Shown here one piece after another: positions 35,048-35,567 of a stretch of DNA of 35,567 nt (its first letter is position 1; every line of letters starts with the position of its first letter). Under the pieces are notes generated by a model that had not been told where the DNA came from, did not search any database, and was given only the letters and a program-made list of their open reading frames with translations. The position numbers and the translations under genes are program-made. This DNA comes from Thermomicrobiales bacterium (GTDB lineage: Bacteria; Chloroflexota; Chloroflexia; Thermomicrobiales; UBA6265): assembly GCA_035305265.1 (NCBI GenBank), contig DATGPC010000323.1:1-35567 (forward strand), written 5' to 3'.

Positions 35048-35567
35048 TTAGTCAATCGCCATGGTGCGCATGCGCCATGTCGCCAGCGCGAGCGACACGA
35101 TCACGACAAGCGCAATCGCAATGAAGATTGTCTGCGCCGAAGACGGACCATCGATCGTCACCGTCCTGGCCATGCGCTCATCCACCCAGTCATCCAGCAT
35201 CCGCACGAACGTCGAGCGCGTGTAGTGGCTGATGCTGATGGAGCGAATGCCGGGCAAGAATCGCGACAGCGTCGTTTCCCAGATAAAGACGTAGAAAACG
35301 CCGAACAGCAACGCCCGGTTGATCACCAGGCTCAGGAACAGGAAGAGCGATCCAAAGCCGAGGATGCCGACCAGCGACGACACGAAGAGCGGAGGGATCA
35401 ACGAATCCAGGACCTCGAAGTGTCCCCACGCGGCAACCACCCAGATCACCGCCAGCGATGTCCAGACGATCGCCGTCGTCAGGGCCACCACCGAGAGCCA
35501 CTTCTCGAAGACGATCCGGAACCGGCTCACCGGTTTTAGCGCGAGGTAGTGCAGCGTCTTGTCCTCG
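35048..35567 (-). CDS. ABC-2-type transporter permease, C-terminal part; the 5' end lies beyond the right window edge
   Basis: The reading frame stays open upstream of the track's GVG-as-M start at 35530 through to the window edge (…EDKTLHYLALKPVSRFRIVFEKWLSVVALTTAIVW…). The LKPVSR.EIV..K motif plus several hydrophobic segments are typical of ABC-2 exporter permeases. Confidence 0.65.
   Translation of the reverse strand, partial: EDKTLHYLALKPVSRFRIVFEKWLSVVALTTAIVWTSLAVIWVVAAWGHFEVLDSLIPPLFVSSLVGILGFGSLFLFLSLVINRALLFGVFYVFIWETTLSRFLPGIRSISISHYTRSTFVRMLDDWVDERMARTVTIDGPSSAQTIFIAIALVVIVSLALATWRMRTMAID

Overview
GC-rich (by eye, low-to-mid 60s %), densely coding chromosomal window. It is probably from a high-GC monoderm-type bacterium (Actinomycetota or Chloroflexota/Thermomicrobia-like), judging by strong GGAGG Shine-Dalgarno sites, twin-arginine signals on solute-binding proteins, LLM-type (possibly F420-dependent) oxidoreductases and murT/gatD. 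I found no rRNA, tRNA, CRISPR array, transposase, integrase or phage gene.

Gene blocks, left to right:
1. Two tandem family-5 solute-binding proteins (SBPs) on the minus strand, then a divergent CUT1-type sugar ABC importer (SBP plus two permeases, no ATPase) and a CoxG/SRPBCC protein.
2. A divergent gene pair: a HyuA-like hydantoinase/oxoprolinase plus DUF917 on the minus strand, and a second DUF917 plus a Dpp-type SBP and two permeases (no ATPases) on the plus strand.
3. A cell-envelope block: an orphan hypothetical, class A PBP, Lrp/AsnC regulator, mreB-mreC-murT-gatD (no mreD), and a signal-less class A beta-lactamase-like protein.
4. A hypothetical two-repeat protein, two VOC/glyoxalase proteins, ogt, an alpha/beta hydrolase and an NYN-domain protein.
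5. A co-directional minus-strand run: ROK glucokinase, two tandem LLM paralogs, and five tandem glyoxalase-like VOC modules in three genes. One of those genes is broken by a TGA sitting exactly on an invariant Trp codon.
6. A partial ABC-2 permease at the right edge.

The best candidates for an undescribed system are the HyuA-like/DUF917x2/importer locus and the LLM plus VOC-array island. Neither can be assigned a function from sequence alone. Many long ORFs in the track are antisense shadows typical of GC-rich DNA, and several track ORFs have over-extended N-termini that I trimmed to starts with a Shine-Dalgarno site (SD).
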